Shown here piece after piece: positions 38,734 through 47,396 of a stretch of DNA of 64,000 nt. Made by a program: the position numbers and the translations under genes. The DNA comes from an uncultured Chloroflexia bacterium (GTDB lineage: Bacteria > Chloroflexota > Dehalococcoidia > DSTF01 > JALHUB01), in assembly GCA_963703345.1 (NCBI GenBank), contig OY969814.1, forward strand, positions 2,048,001 to 2,112,000, given 5' to 3'. Under the pieces are notes generated by a model that ran no database searches, had not been told where the DNA came from, and saw only the letters and a program-made list of their open reading frames with translations. How positions within the stretch are numbered: the first letter of the stretch is position 1; every line of letters begins with the position of its first letter.

Positions 38734-38810
38734 GTGTCCCTATGCTAGCACGAGTGCCCGCGAAAAGGCTGCAAGCCTCCGAAGCTGACCCCGAGGCGGA
38801 AGAGGCGGAA

Positions 38811-38886
38811 TGGTGGCAGCGGAGGGATTTGAACCCCCGACCAAGGGCTTATGAGTCCCCTGCTCTACCGACTGAGCTACGCTGCC
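38811..38886 (-). tRNA. tRNA-Met(CAT), probably elongator (Ile2 not excluded)
   Basis: GGCAGCG...CGCTGCC-ACCA; anticodon loop CT-CAT-AA; paired G1-C72, so not fMet. Confidence 0.92.
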
Positions 38887-38920
38887 ACTGACACCCACCA
38901 AATGGCTGTTCAGCCGTAAT

Positions 38921-39022
38921 GGCGGGATTTGAATCCGCCGGCGGACAGGCACCCCAACCAAGGGGCTGGGCCCGGGTCGCCTCAGGCGACAGTCCCCTCT
39001 CGCCTTCGGCGAGTACGCTGCC
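38921..39022 (-). pseudogene. Degenerate duplicate of the adjacent tRNA-Met with palindromic hairpins in the D loop, anticodon loop and T arm
   Basis: Collinear blocks GGCAGCGTA / AGGGGACT / AGCCC(C)TTGGTyGGGG / TTCAAATCCCkCC shared with 38811-38886. Confidence 0.85.
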
Positions 39023-39046
39023 AACATGTGTGCTACCGGCGAATCG

Positions 39047-39076
39047 ATGATAGCAAAGGCTTTCTGAGGGTGTCAA
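39047..39076 (-). promoter_or_regulatory. Promoter driving the tRNA-like copy and tRNA-Met
   Basis: TTGACA-N18-TATCAT with extended TG on the minus strand. Confidence 0.75.
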
Positions 39077-39091
39077 ACCTGGCGGGTCGCA

Positions 39092-39508
39092 TCAGAGCGC
39101 GGGCGTCACCTCTGAAGTGCAGTAGGCGCAGCGACGCGCTTCCGACGGTATGTCGCTCAGGCACTCCGGACACTTGCGGACGGTCGGGTCCGGCGGCGGC
39201 TCCTTTCGAGAGCGGGCCAGATAGGCGTTCAGCGGCACGACTATCAGGAAGAAGACTACCGCGCCTATCAAAACGAAGGTGATCGTTTTGTTGATGAAGT
39301 CGCCGTAGCGGAAGGTGCTGTCGTGGATTGTGAAGGCGAGGGCGGAGAAGTCCTGCTGGCCGCCGATGGCCGCGATGAGCGGCGTTATGAAGTCCTGGAC
39401 CAGCGCCGTGACTACCGCGCCGAAGGCGGCGCCAACCACTACCGCAATCGCGAGGTCGACGACGTTCCCCCTTAGCAAGAACGCCTTGAAGTCGTTGATG
39501 AGTTTCAT
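39092..39508 (-). CDS. mscL: Large-conductance mechanosensitive channel with C-terminal CxxC..CxxC
   Basis: FKAFLLRGNVVDLAIAVVVGAAF, YGDFIN, CPECLS..CAYCT. Confidence 0.95.
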   Translation of the reverse strand: MKLINDFKAFLLRGNVVDLAIAVVVGAAFGAVVTALVQDFITPLIAAIGGQQDFSALAFTIHDSTFRYGDFINKTITFVLIGAVVFFLIVVPLNAYLARSRKEPPPDPTVRKCPECLSDIPSEARRCAYCTSEVTPAL

Positions 39509-39649
39509 GTTCTCTCCCTCCTTGGAGATCCGGCCGGCAGGGCGCCGAAGAGCACGCCTGCCGCATCTGAACAGCTGGCCGGCCTGTGCCAAAGCGCGCG
39601 GCTGCGCCACTTGAGAGGGCCTCGAGGCGAGCCTACAATGAATATGCCA

Positions 39650-41497
39650 ATGATAGCGACCAAGCAACCTCTTGTCGAACGCGTGGGGGCGCTACCGAAC
39701 AAGCCCGGCGTGTACATCTTCCGCAATGAAGAAGGACGCGTCATCTACGTCGGGAAGGCGGCGGCGTTGCGCAATCGCGTGCGCTCCTACTTCGGCTCGC
39801 CGCGGAGCATGGAGTCGAAGGTGCGGGCGCTGGCGTCGAGCATCGCTGATTTCGACTACATCGTCACGAACACAGCGCAGGAGGCGCTGCACCTGGAGGC
39901 GACGCTGGTCAAGCGGCACCAGCCCGTCTTCAATGTGCGCCTGAAAGACGACAAGCACTACCCGTACCTCAAGATCGACGTGCAGAACCAGTGGCCGCGC
40001 GTCGAGATAACGCGACGCATCGAGAACGACGGCGCGCGCTACTTCGGGCCGTACGCGAGCGCCAGCTCCGTGCGCAGAACCCTCGACGTCGTCAAACGCC
40101 TCTTCCCCTGGCGTCCCTGCACTGAGGAGGTCACCGGTAGTCGCCCGCGGCCATGCCTGGACTTCTTCATCGGGCGCTGCATTGCGCCCTGCTCCGGCGC
40201 CTGCTCCGAGGAGGAGTACGACGAGGTGATCCGCCAGGTGATCCTCTTCCTCGAAGGGCGGACCGAGAACGTGCTGCGGGCGCTGCGAGCGCAGATGGAC
40301 GAGGCGTCGCGGAACATGCAGTACGAGCGGGCGGCGATCCTTCGCGACCAGATTCGAGCCATCGAGAACGTGTCGGAGGCGCAGGTGACGGCGTACGCGC
40401 GGCCGACAGACGAGGACGTCTTCGGTCTTGCGCGGTCGGAGGGCGAAGCGGTGGCGCAGGTGCTGTTCGTCCGCGGCACGAAGATGATCGGCGGCGACCA
40501 CTTCCCGCTCGACGGGACGAAGGGGGAGCCAGACGCGGAGGTGATGAACGGCTTCCTGAAGCAGTTCTACGAGTCGGCGACTTACGTTCCGCGGACGGTC
40601 CTGCTGCCGCTGGAAATTCCGGAGATGGCGGAAATCGAGGATTGGCTGTCGGAGCGGCGCGGTGGTCGCGTGAAGCTGGTGACGCCGAGGCGCGGCACGA
40701 AACGCCGTCTCGTCAATATGGCGACGGAGAACGCCCGCGAGGCGCTGGCGGTGGCGCGGCTGCGCTGGCTAACGGACTCGGGCAAGACGCAGCAGGCGCT
40801 GGAGGAGCTCCAGGAGGAGCTCAATCTGCCAGCGCCGCCAGGTCGCATCGAGTGCTACGACATCTCCGACATCATGGGCGCGCATCCGGTCGGCAGCATG
40901 GTGGTGTTCGTCGATGGGCGGCCCCGGCGCGCGGAGTACCGTCGCTTTCGGGTCAAGAGCGTCGAAGGGGCGAACGACGTGGCGATGATGGCGGAGGTGC
41001 TGCGACGTCGCTTCAAGCGGGCGGCGCAGGCGGTGGAGGCGCAGGAGGAAGCGCAGGCGGAAGGCTGGGGCGCTCTACCGGACCTGCTCATCGTCGACGG
41101 CGGGAAGGCGCAGCTCAACGCGGCGCTCGACGTGTTACGGGAGGCCGGCGTGCCGCTCATTCCGGCAGCAGGGCTGGCCAAGCAGCAGGAGGAACTTTAT
41201 GTGAAGGACGTGTCGGAGCCGATTGTGCTGTCGCGCACGTCGCAGGCGCTCTACCTGCTGCAACGCATCCGCGACGAGGCGCATCGCTTTGCTGTCACGT
41301 ACCATCGCAATGTGCGACAGAAGGCCGGGACGCGCTCGGCGCTGGATGCAATACCGGGCGTGGGGCCGAAGCGGAAGCAGGCGCTGCTGCGGAAGTTCGG
41401 GTCGGTGCGAGAGATACGGGAGGCGAGCGTCGATGAGATTGCCTCGACGGTTGGGTACACGCGGTCGCTGGCGGAGCGGGTGAAGGAGTACCTCTAA
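39650..41497 (+). CDS. uvrC: Excinuclease ABC subunit C (start could be 39638 or 39644)
   Basis: GIY-YIG (PGVYIF..YVGKA), RIECYDIS, DGGKAQL, IRDEAHRFA, HhH. Confidence 0.98.
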   Translation: MIATKQPLVERVGALPNKPGVYIFRNEEGRVIYVGKAAALRNRVRSYFGSPRSMESKVRALASSIADFDYIVTNTAQEALHLEATLVKRHQPVFNVRLKDDKHYPYLKIDVQNQWPRVEITRRIENDGARYFGPYASASSVRRTLDVVKRLFPWRPCTEEVTGSRPRPCLDFFIGRCIAPCSGACSEEEYDEVIRQVILFLEGRTENVLRALRAQMDEASRNMQYERAAILRDQIRAIENVSEAQVTAYARPTDEDVFGLARSEGEAVAQVLFVRGTKMIGGDHFPLDGTKGEPDAEVMNGFLKQFYESATYVPRTVLLPLEIPEMAEIEDWLSERRGGRVKLVTPRRGTKRRLVNMATENAREALAVARLRWLTDSGKTQQALEELQEELNLPAPPGRIECYDISDIMGAHPVGSMVVFVDGRPRRAEYRRFRVKSVEGANDVAMMAEVLRRRFKRAAQAVEAQEEAQAEGWGALPDLLIVDGGKAQLNAALDVLREAGVPLIPAAGLAKQQEELYVKDVSEPIVLSRTSQALYLLQRIRDEAHRFAVTYHRNVRQKAGTRSALDAIPGVGPKRKQALLRKFGSVREIREASVDEIASTVGYTRSLAERVKEYL

Positions 41498-41518
41498 CCG
41501 CGGAAAGCGGCACTGGTC

Positions 41519-41572
41519 CGGCGCGACGAGTCCGCCCCCGGCAGACGAGGAGCGCAACCCCGAACGCGATCA
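41519..41572 (+). repeat. Further copy of the dispersed repeat core
   Basis: CGGCGCGACGAG-[TCCGCCCCCGGCAGAC]-GAGGAGCGCAACCCCGAACGCGATCA between convergent genes. Confidence 0.85.
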
Positions 41573-41612
41573 CCGCAGGCCACGCCACCCTGTCGAGCGG
41601 TCGATGGCGCAC

Positions 41613-42410
41613 CTAGCTGTTGATCGCTTCCTCCTCGTCCTCCTCCTCATCGTCGAAGTCCTCTTTGAGCGCGAACGGCGTCACATACTCGACGAGCGTC
41701 TTCGCGTTCTGGACAGCGAAGGCGTTGGCGTCGTTGTTGAAGTAAACGAACACCTCGCGGACGTCTTCCGGTAGATCGCGCAGGCGGGCCGCCCAGATCG
41801 CCAGGTCGCCGTCGGGATAGGAGCCGCCGTAGACGCTGTCGGCGCCGTGAAAGCGCAGGTAGGCGAAGTCGGTCGTCGCTTCCAGCGGCGTCTCCCAGCC
41901 GGCCATGTGGAAGGCGCAGAAGCCGGCGTTGTGCACCCGCAGCAGGGAGAAGAGCTCCGGGTTGAACCAGGAGTCATGGCGAAACTCGAAGACGTGGCGC
42001 ATGTCGGCCGGAAGGAGCGACAGGAAGGCGGTGAGACGTTTGACATTCTCCGGCTTGTAGTGGAAGTTGGGCGGCAACTGGTAAAGCACCGGGCCCAGCG
42101 CGTGGCCGAGCAGTCGGGCGCGGCCGAGAAAGTTCTGCAGCGGCTCTTCGCAGTCTTTCAGTCGCTTGACGTGGGTCATGTAGCGGCTGGCCTTCACCGC
42201 AAACTGGAAGCCGCGTGGCGCCGACTTGTGCCACTTTCGCCACGTGTCCTCTGAAGGCAGACGATAGAAGCTGTTGTTCACTTCGACTGTGGAGAAGTGT
42301 TGGCTGTAGAACTCGAACCAGTAGCGGGCGGGCAAGTCCGGCGGGTAGAAAGGCCCGCGCCAGTGCTTATATACCCAGCCGGAAGTCCCAATATCGTAGC
42401 GTGAAGGCAT
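41613..42410 (-). CDS. DUF72 (YecE) family protein
   Basis: IGTSGWVY..W, TVEVNNSFYRLP, FAVKASRYMTH, YQLPP, EFRH.SW, YLRFHG, YFNND. Confidence 0.95.
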   Translation of the reverse strand: MPSRYDIGTSGWVYKHWRGPFYPPDLPARYWFEFYSQHFSTVEVNNSFYRLPSEDTWRKWHKSAPRGFQFAVKASRYMTHVKRLKDCEEPLQNFLGRARLLGHALGPVLYQLPPNFHYKPENVKRLTAFLSLLPADMRHVFEFRHDSWFNPELFSLLRVHNAGFCAFHMAGWETPLEATTDFAYLRFHGADSVYGGSYPDGDLAIWAARLRDLPEDVREVFVYFNNDANAFAVQNAKTLVEYVTPFALKEDFDDEEEDEEEAINS

Positions 42411-42548
42411 CGGCGCTCCATTTCGAATCTGACCCCCGCGACGGCCGAGATTGCGTCGCATTATATCATCGGCCGCAGTTGGGGAGCGCTTGAGCTTGTG
42501 CTATCGTAAGGGAGAAGCGGGGATAGAGTTGAACTGGAGGCCCGGGGA

Positions 42549-43208
42549 ATGGAAATCGACTTCGCGATGGCTCGACTGGCGATGGTCGAGGGCCTGCGGT
42601 CGGAGATCGGGGACGAACGCGTGCTGCGGGCGGTAGCTCGCGTCCCGCGCGAGGAGTTCGTCCCTCCTGAGTATCGTCACTTGGCCTACCAAGACCGTCC
42701 AATTCCCATCGGCTACGGCCAGACAATATCGCAGCCGCTTATGGTCGCCATGATGACGGAGCTGCTTCATCTCAAGGGCCACGAAAAGGTGCTGGAGGTC
42801 GGCACCGGCTCCGGCTACCAGGCGGCGATCCTGGCGGAGCTGGCGGCGCGGGTAGAAACGGTGGAGCGAGTGCCCGAGTTGGCGGAGATTGCCACCGAGC
42901 GATTGCGTCGCCTGGGGTACACGAACGTCGTCGTGCACGTGGCCGGCGGAGCGCTGGGCTGGCCGGAGGAAGCGCCCTATGACGGCATCCTGGTGACGGC
43001 CGGCGCACCGCGCGTCCCGCGTCCGCTGGTCGAGCAGCTTGCGATAGGCGGCCGGCTGGTCATCCCGGTCGGACGACGACAGATCCAGCAGCTTCTATCG
43101 GTCACGCGCCAGCCGGATGGCGTGAAAGTGCGTCGCCACGGGCCGTGCCGATTCGTGCCGCTGATCGGCGAGCAGGCCTGGCCGGAAGAGGAGTCAGCTT
43201 CGCGCTGA
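42549..43208 (+). CDS. pcm: Protein-L-isoaspartate O-methyltransferase
   Basis: VPREEFV, GQTISQP, VLEVGTGSGYQAA, APYDGI, FVPL. Confidence 0.97.
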   Translation: MEIDFAMARLAMVEGLRSEIGDERVLRAVARVPREEFVPPEYRHLAYQDRPIPIGYGQTISQPLMVAMMTELLHLKGHEKVLEVGTGSGYQAAILAELAARVETVERVPELAEIATERLRRLGYTNVVVHVAGGALGWPEEAPYDGILVTAGAPRVPRPLVEQLAIGGRLVIPVGRRQIQQLLSVTRQPDGVKVRRHGPCRFVPLIGEQAWPEEESASR

Positions 43209-43429
43209 ATCCGACTCCTATCAGCACAGACTCGCTACCCTCAATCACACGTGTCGTCGCGCTTTGTTCCGCTCGCATGCCCTTCCGACGCCCCGCAGCC
43301 AGCAAGAGCCGTCGTCCCGAAAAATTACCATAATTTCCTCCGCTCGCTCATAGACAATGGCCGACGCTGTGGTAAAATGGGCTCGCTTCTTCCCCGACCA
43401 TTTCATGCAAGGCAAGGCGAGGTGAGGTC

Positions 43430-44341
43430 ATGGACGACCATGTCGGTCAGTTCCTTCACTACCTATCGGTCGAAAAGGGTTCCTCCGCCAACACGATCGC
43501 CGCTTATAGCATCGATCTAACGCAATTCCGCGGCTACCTCTCCGCCTCGCGCAACGGCAACGGCGACTCCCTCTGGAACGGCGTCAACCGCGCCTTCGTC
43601 ATTGACTACATCTCTGACCTGAAGCGGCGCCAGTACGCCGAGGCGACCGTTGCCCGCAAGATCGCGGCGATAAAGGCGTTTTTCGCCTTCCTCCACGAGG
43701 TCGAGGGGATCGTCAAACAGAATCCGACGGAGAACGTCGGCTTCCGCGTCCCCAAGTCATTGCCAAAGCCGCTCTCGATCAAAGAAGTCGACGAGCTGCT
43801 GGAGCAACCGGCCCGCGCAGCTACACCGGAGGCGAAGCGCGACAAAGCGATGCTCGAGCTCCTGTACGCGACCGGCATGCGCGTGACGGAGCTGGTCTCT
43901 CTGGACATGAGCAGCGTCCATACCAACGCCGACGCGCCGCACGTGCGCTGCATGGGCAAGGGGTCGAAGGAGCGCACGATACCGATTCATAAGGACGCGC
44001 TTGAGGCTATCGAGGACTACCTCGACGACGCCCGGCCGCGGCTTGTGCGGGACAAGCATGAGCCGGCGCTCTTCGTCAACCGGCGCGGCTACCGGCTTAC
44101 TCGACAGGGCTTCTGGCTGATTCTGAAGGGCTACGCCAAGAAGGCGTCGATCAACAAGTCCGTCACGCCGCACACCTTGCGCCACAGCTTTGCCACTCAT
44201 ATGCTGAGGGGCGGTGCGCCTTTACGTAACGTCCAGGAGCTCCTGGGGCATGCAAACATGTCGACGACGCAGGTCTACACGAAGCTCACAGACGACATGG
44301 TGCGCCAGGTCTACGAGAAAGCACACCCTCGGGCCAAGTAA
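43430..44341 (+). CDS. xerD: Tyrosine recombinase XerD
   Basis: ELLYATGMRVTEL, GKGSKER, TPHTLRHSFATH, LLGHANMSTTQVY; promoter TAGACA-N16-TAAAAT at 43351-43378. Confidence 0.92.
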   Translation: MDDHVGQFLHYLSVEKGSSANTIAAYSIDLTQFRGYLSASRNGNGDSLWNGVNRAFVIDYISDLKRRQYAEATVARKIAAIKAFFAFLHEVEGIVKQNPTENVGFRVPKSLPKPLSIKEVDELLEQPARAATPEAKRDKAMLELLYATGMRVTELVSLDMSSVHTNADAPHVRCMGKGSKERTIPIHKDALEAIEDYLDDARPRLVRDKHEPALFVNRRGYRLTRQGFWLILKGYAKKASINKSVTPHTLRHSFATHMLRGGAPLRNVQELLGHANMSTTQVYTKLTDDMVRQVYEKAHPRAK

Positions 44342-44381
44342 CGAGCTCAGCGACGAGCCTCTCCCAAGCAGCCGCAACCTG

Positions 44382-46289
44382 ATGCGTTCGGCTGCTTTCT
44401 TCTTGCTTGGACTCATCGCCATCTTCGGCGCAGTCGCTTGCGGCAGCAGCAACAGCGGACCGGCGCCTACCACAACAGTAACCGCCACAGCCGTCGCAAC
44501 ACCCGCGCCCGCCGTCGGGCCCGTCCCCGAAACGGACAGCCTTCCCTCCCGTGACCTGCTCGACCTGGCGTTTCGGCTCAAGGGGCTGCAAACGCCACCC
44601 GCCGATCCGGTAAACCCACTGCCGCAGAGCCTGAGCGTCGGCGACCAACACGTGTTCAACCTGGTCATGATGCCGCAACCGGGAACGGCCGGCGACCAGC
44701 CGCCGAAGGTAGTGCCGGCCCCGGCGACGCTGCGATTGGTGACGCCGCACGCCTACTTCTACGTCCAGGACGGGCAATCGGCGTCGTCCGACGACATCAA
44801 CACAGCCGGGCAGCGATTCGAGAACGAAGTCTACCCCGTCGTGACGAGCGCTTTCGGCATGGAGCTTAGCCCCGGCATCGACAACGACGCGCACATCACC
44901 ATCTTCAACGGCCAGCTAGAGGGCGCCGCCGGCTACTTTTCCGACCTGGACGAGTATCCGAAGGCCCTGGCCCCTCTGAGCAACGAACGGGAGATGGTGT
45001 ATTTGGACCTCTCGCTGGGGATGGGCAGCGATGACTACACCTCCGTTCTTGCTCACGAGCTCCAGCACCTCATCCACTTCAACGGCAACCCGCGAGAGGA
45101 TGTCTGGGTAAACGAAGGCATTTCCGTCGTCTCTGGGAATCTTGCCGGGCAGAGCGACGACTTCCGCAACACGTTTCTCAAGCAGCCGGACACGCAGCTT
45201 ACGTCCTGGAACCTCAATGGCGACAACTACGTCCACTACGGCGCCGCCGGCCTCTTCTTCCGCTACCTGTCGCTGCGCAGCGGCGGCGCGAGCACGCTGC
45301 ACGATCTTGTTTTCGAGACGGGAAAGGGGATCAGCGGCATCGAGGACTTCCTGCGAAAGCACGACGAGCCGAACTTCAACGACGTCTTCGCCGACTGGAC
45401 GGCGGCGAACTACACGGGCGGCCCGCAAGGCTACTTGGCCGCCGACCAGCGCGTCGCCACGACCACCACGCTCGACGGGCCGAAGAGCGCCGGCGCGACC
45501 GTGCAGCAGTTCGCCGCGAACTACATCGAGGTCGATCTGCCGGGCCAATCGGGAGGGTTCAGCTTCAACGGCGCGGAGACCGTGCCACTGCTATCGGACC
45601 AACCGCACAGCGGCAGCGGCCAGTGGTGGTCCGGCCGCGGCGACGACATAGACACGACGCTGACGCGCGAACTCGACCTCGAATCGGTGAGCAAGGCCAC
45701 GCTCCAGTTCTGGACGTGGTTCGATATCGAGCACTGGTACGACTTCGGCTACGTAGAGGTGTCCACCGACGGCGGCACGACCTGGCAGGCCCTGCGCGGC
45801 AAGCAGACCAGCGACGACGACCCTGTGAAGCAGGCGTACGGGCCGGGCTATGGTGGCGAGAGCGGCGGCGGCCCGTCGCCCGCGTGGGTGCAGGAGTCGA
45901 TGGACCTGACGCCGTACGCCGGCAAGAAGATGCTCCTACGCTTCGAGTACGTGACCGACGGCGGCGTGAGCGGACAAGGCTGGGCAATCGACGACGTGAG
46001 CGTGCCGGAGATAGGCTTCTCGGACGACGCGGAGACGAACCGCGATTGGCAGGCGAACGGATTCCAGCGTATCGACGCGCCGATAGCGCAAAAGTTCGAG
46101 GTGCAGGTCGTGAACGTCACCGCCGGCTCGCCGGGGGAGCGGGTGCCGCTGGACGCTTCCAACGATGCCGTCATTCCGCTGGCCGGCTCCGCTCAGGGGC
46201 CCACGAAGTACGTCATCGTCGTCGCTGCGGAGAGCCAGGGCACGACCGAGGAAGCGCACTACTCCTACTCGTTGACCACCAGCCAGTAG
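44382..46289 (+). CDS. Lipoprotein zinc metalloprotease with immune inhibitor A-like C-terminal domain
   Basis: Lipobox AVAC, AHELQHLIH..WVNEG (HExxH), YDFGYVEVSTDGGTTW, LRFEYVTD. Confidence 0.82.
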   Translation: MRSAAFFLLGLIAIFGAVACGSSNSGPAPTTTVTATAVATPAPAVGPVPETDSLPSRDLLDLAFRLKGLQTPPADPVNPLPQSLSVGDQHVFNLVMMPQPGTAGDQPPKVVPAPATLRLVTPHAYFYVQDGQSASSDDINTAGQRFENEVYPVVTSAFGMELSPGIDNDAHITIFNGQLEGAAGYFSDLDEYPKALAPLSNEREMVYLDLSLGMGSDDYTSVLAHELQHLIHFNGNPREDVWVNEGISVVSGNLAGQSDDFRNTFLKQPDTQLTSWNLNGDNYVHYGAAGLFFRYLSLRSGGASTLHDLVFETGKGISGIEDFLRKHDEPNFNDVFADWTAANYTGGPQGYLAADQRVATTTTLDGPKSAGATVQQFAANYIEVDLPGQSGGFSFNGAETVPLLSDQPHSGSGQWWSGRGDDIDTTLTRELDLESVSKATLQFWTWFDIEHWYDFGYVEVSTDGGTTWQALRGKQTSDDDPVKQAYGPGYGGESGGGPSPAWVQESMDLTPYAGKKMLLRFEYVTDGGVSGQGWAIDDVSVPEIGFSDDAETNRDWQANGFQRIDAPIAQKFEVQVVNVTAGSPGERVPLDASNDAVIPLAGSAQGPTKYVIVVAAESQGTTEEAHYSYSLTTSQ

Positions 46290-46326
46290 CGGCATTGGCC
46301 TGACATTCGCCAACAGGAGAGACGAG

Positions 46327-46893
46327 ATGAAGCGAGAAGAAGCCTGGGAGCTGCTCTGCGAGTACACGAAGAGCGATAGCCTGCGCAAGCACGGCCTTGC
46401 GGTGGAGGCCGCGATGCGTCACTACGCGCGCAAGTACGGCGACGACGAGGAGAAGTGGGCGGTCGTTGGCCTGCTGCACGACTTCGACTATGAGATCCAC
46501 CCCACGCTGGACAAGCATCCGCAGGAGGGCGCGAAGATCTTGCGCGAGCGCGGCGTCCCGGAGGAGATCGTACGAGCGGCGCTGAGCCACGCCGAGCACC
46601 TCGGGCTGTCCCGCGATTCGATCATGGAGAAGACGCTCTACGCCGTCGACGAGCTCTCCGGCTTCATCATCGCCGTGGCGCTGGTGCGGCCGAGCAAGAG
46701 CATCCTCGACGTGGAGCCGTCGTCGGTGCGGAAGAAAATGAAAGACAAGGCTTTCGCGCGGGCGGTGAACCGCGACGACATCATCAACGGCGCGCAGGCG
46801 ATGGGCGTCGACCTCAACGAGCACATCGCCGAGGTGACGGAGGCGCTGAAGGGGATCGCGGACGAGCTCGGGCTGCGCGGGACGGCCGTCTAG
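46327..46893 (+). CDS. HD/HDIG-domain metal-dependent phosphohydrolase
   Basis: LRKH.LAVEAAM, GLLHDFDYE, SH, VDELSG, KDKAFA. Confidence 0.93.
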   Translation: MKREEAWELLCEYTKSDSLRKHGLAVEAAMRHYARKYGDDEEKWAVVGLLHDFDYEIHPTLDKHPQEGAKILRERGVPEEIVRAALSHAEHLGLSRDSIMEKTLYAVDELSGFIIAVALVRPSKSILDVEPSSVRKKMKDKAFARAVNRDDIINGAQAMGVDLNEHIAEVTEALKGIADELGLRGTAV

Positions 46894-47396
46894 TCTTCGA
46901 CGAACTCGCTCTCGCGGCCCAGCGTCAGCAACGCCGCAGTCGAGATGAGGAAGAGCGCCGTCATGATAATCGCTGAGCTTGCGCACCAGATGCAGACGGC
47001 GTCGATGACGAAGAGCTCGACGTAGGTCAGGTAGACGGAGTAGGCGAAACCGGCAAGGCTCATCCCCCAGATCAGGAGTAGCGGCCGGTTCTCGAAGCGA
47101 TCTCCCGTGGCCAGCCAGAAGAGCGAGACCGACAGTATCGCCAGGTAGCCGAGCAGCCCGAGGAAGGCGACAGGGACGCCGCCAATCCACGCGTAGCTGC
47201 TCTCGGCAACCACACGGCAGGTATGCAAGCCTCCGCAGGCGATGGGCTTGTTGAACCAGTGGACGTAGGTCAGGTAGCCGGCGACACCGGCGCCCGCCAC
47301 CTCCAGCAGTGCCAGCAGGCCGGCGACTAGCTTCTCTGCGAGTCCGGCGCTGACCACCGCTACGCCCTCATTCTCCGCCACGTCCACCTCTCCCAT
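46890..47396 (-). CDS. Vitamin K epoxide reductase family (VKOR) membrane oxidoreductase
   Basis: C.....C..VAESSYA loop pair, GVPVA.LG, CIWC active site. Confidence 0.93.
   Translation of the reverse strand: MGEVDVAENEGVAVVSAGLAEKLVAGLLALLEVAGAGVAGYLTYVHWFNKPIACGGLHTCRVVAESSYAWIGGVPVAFLGLLGYLAILSVSLFWLATGDRFENRPLLLIWGMSLAGFAYSVYLTYVELFVIDAVCIWCASSAIIMTALFLISTAALLTLGRESEFVED

Noticed and set aside
38921-39022. tRNA-like copy as an attL/attR scar of an integrated element
   Set aside because: Integration scars usually duplicate the 3' end and flank cargo; this copy retains the 5' part, lies 34 bp upstream and encloses no cargo or integrase
43430-44341. Tyrosine recombinase as the island's integrase
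   Set aside because: XerD-like size and motifs, housekeeping context, 15 kb from the island
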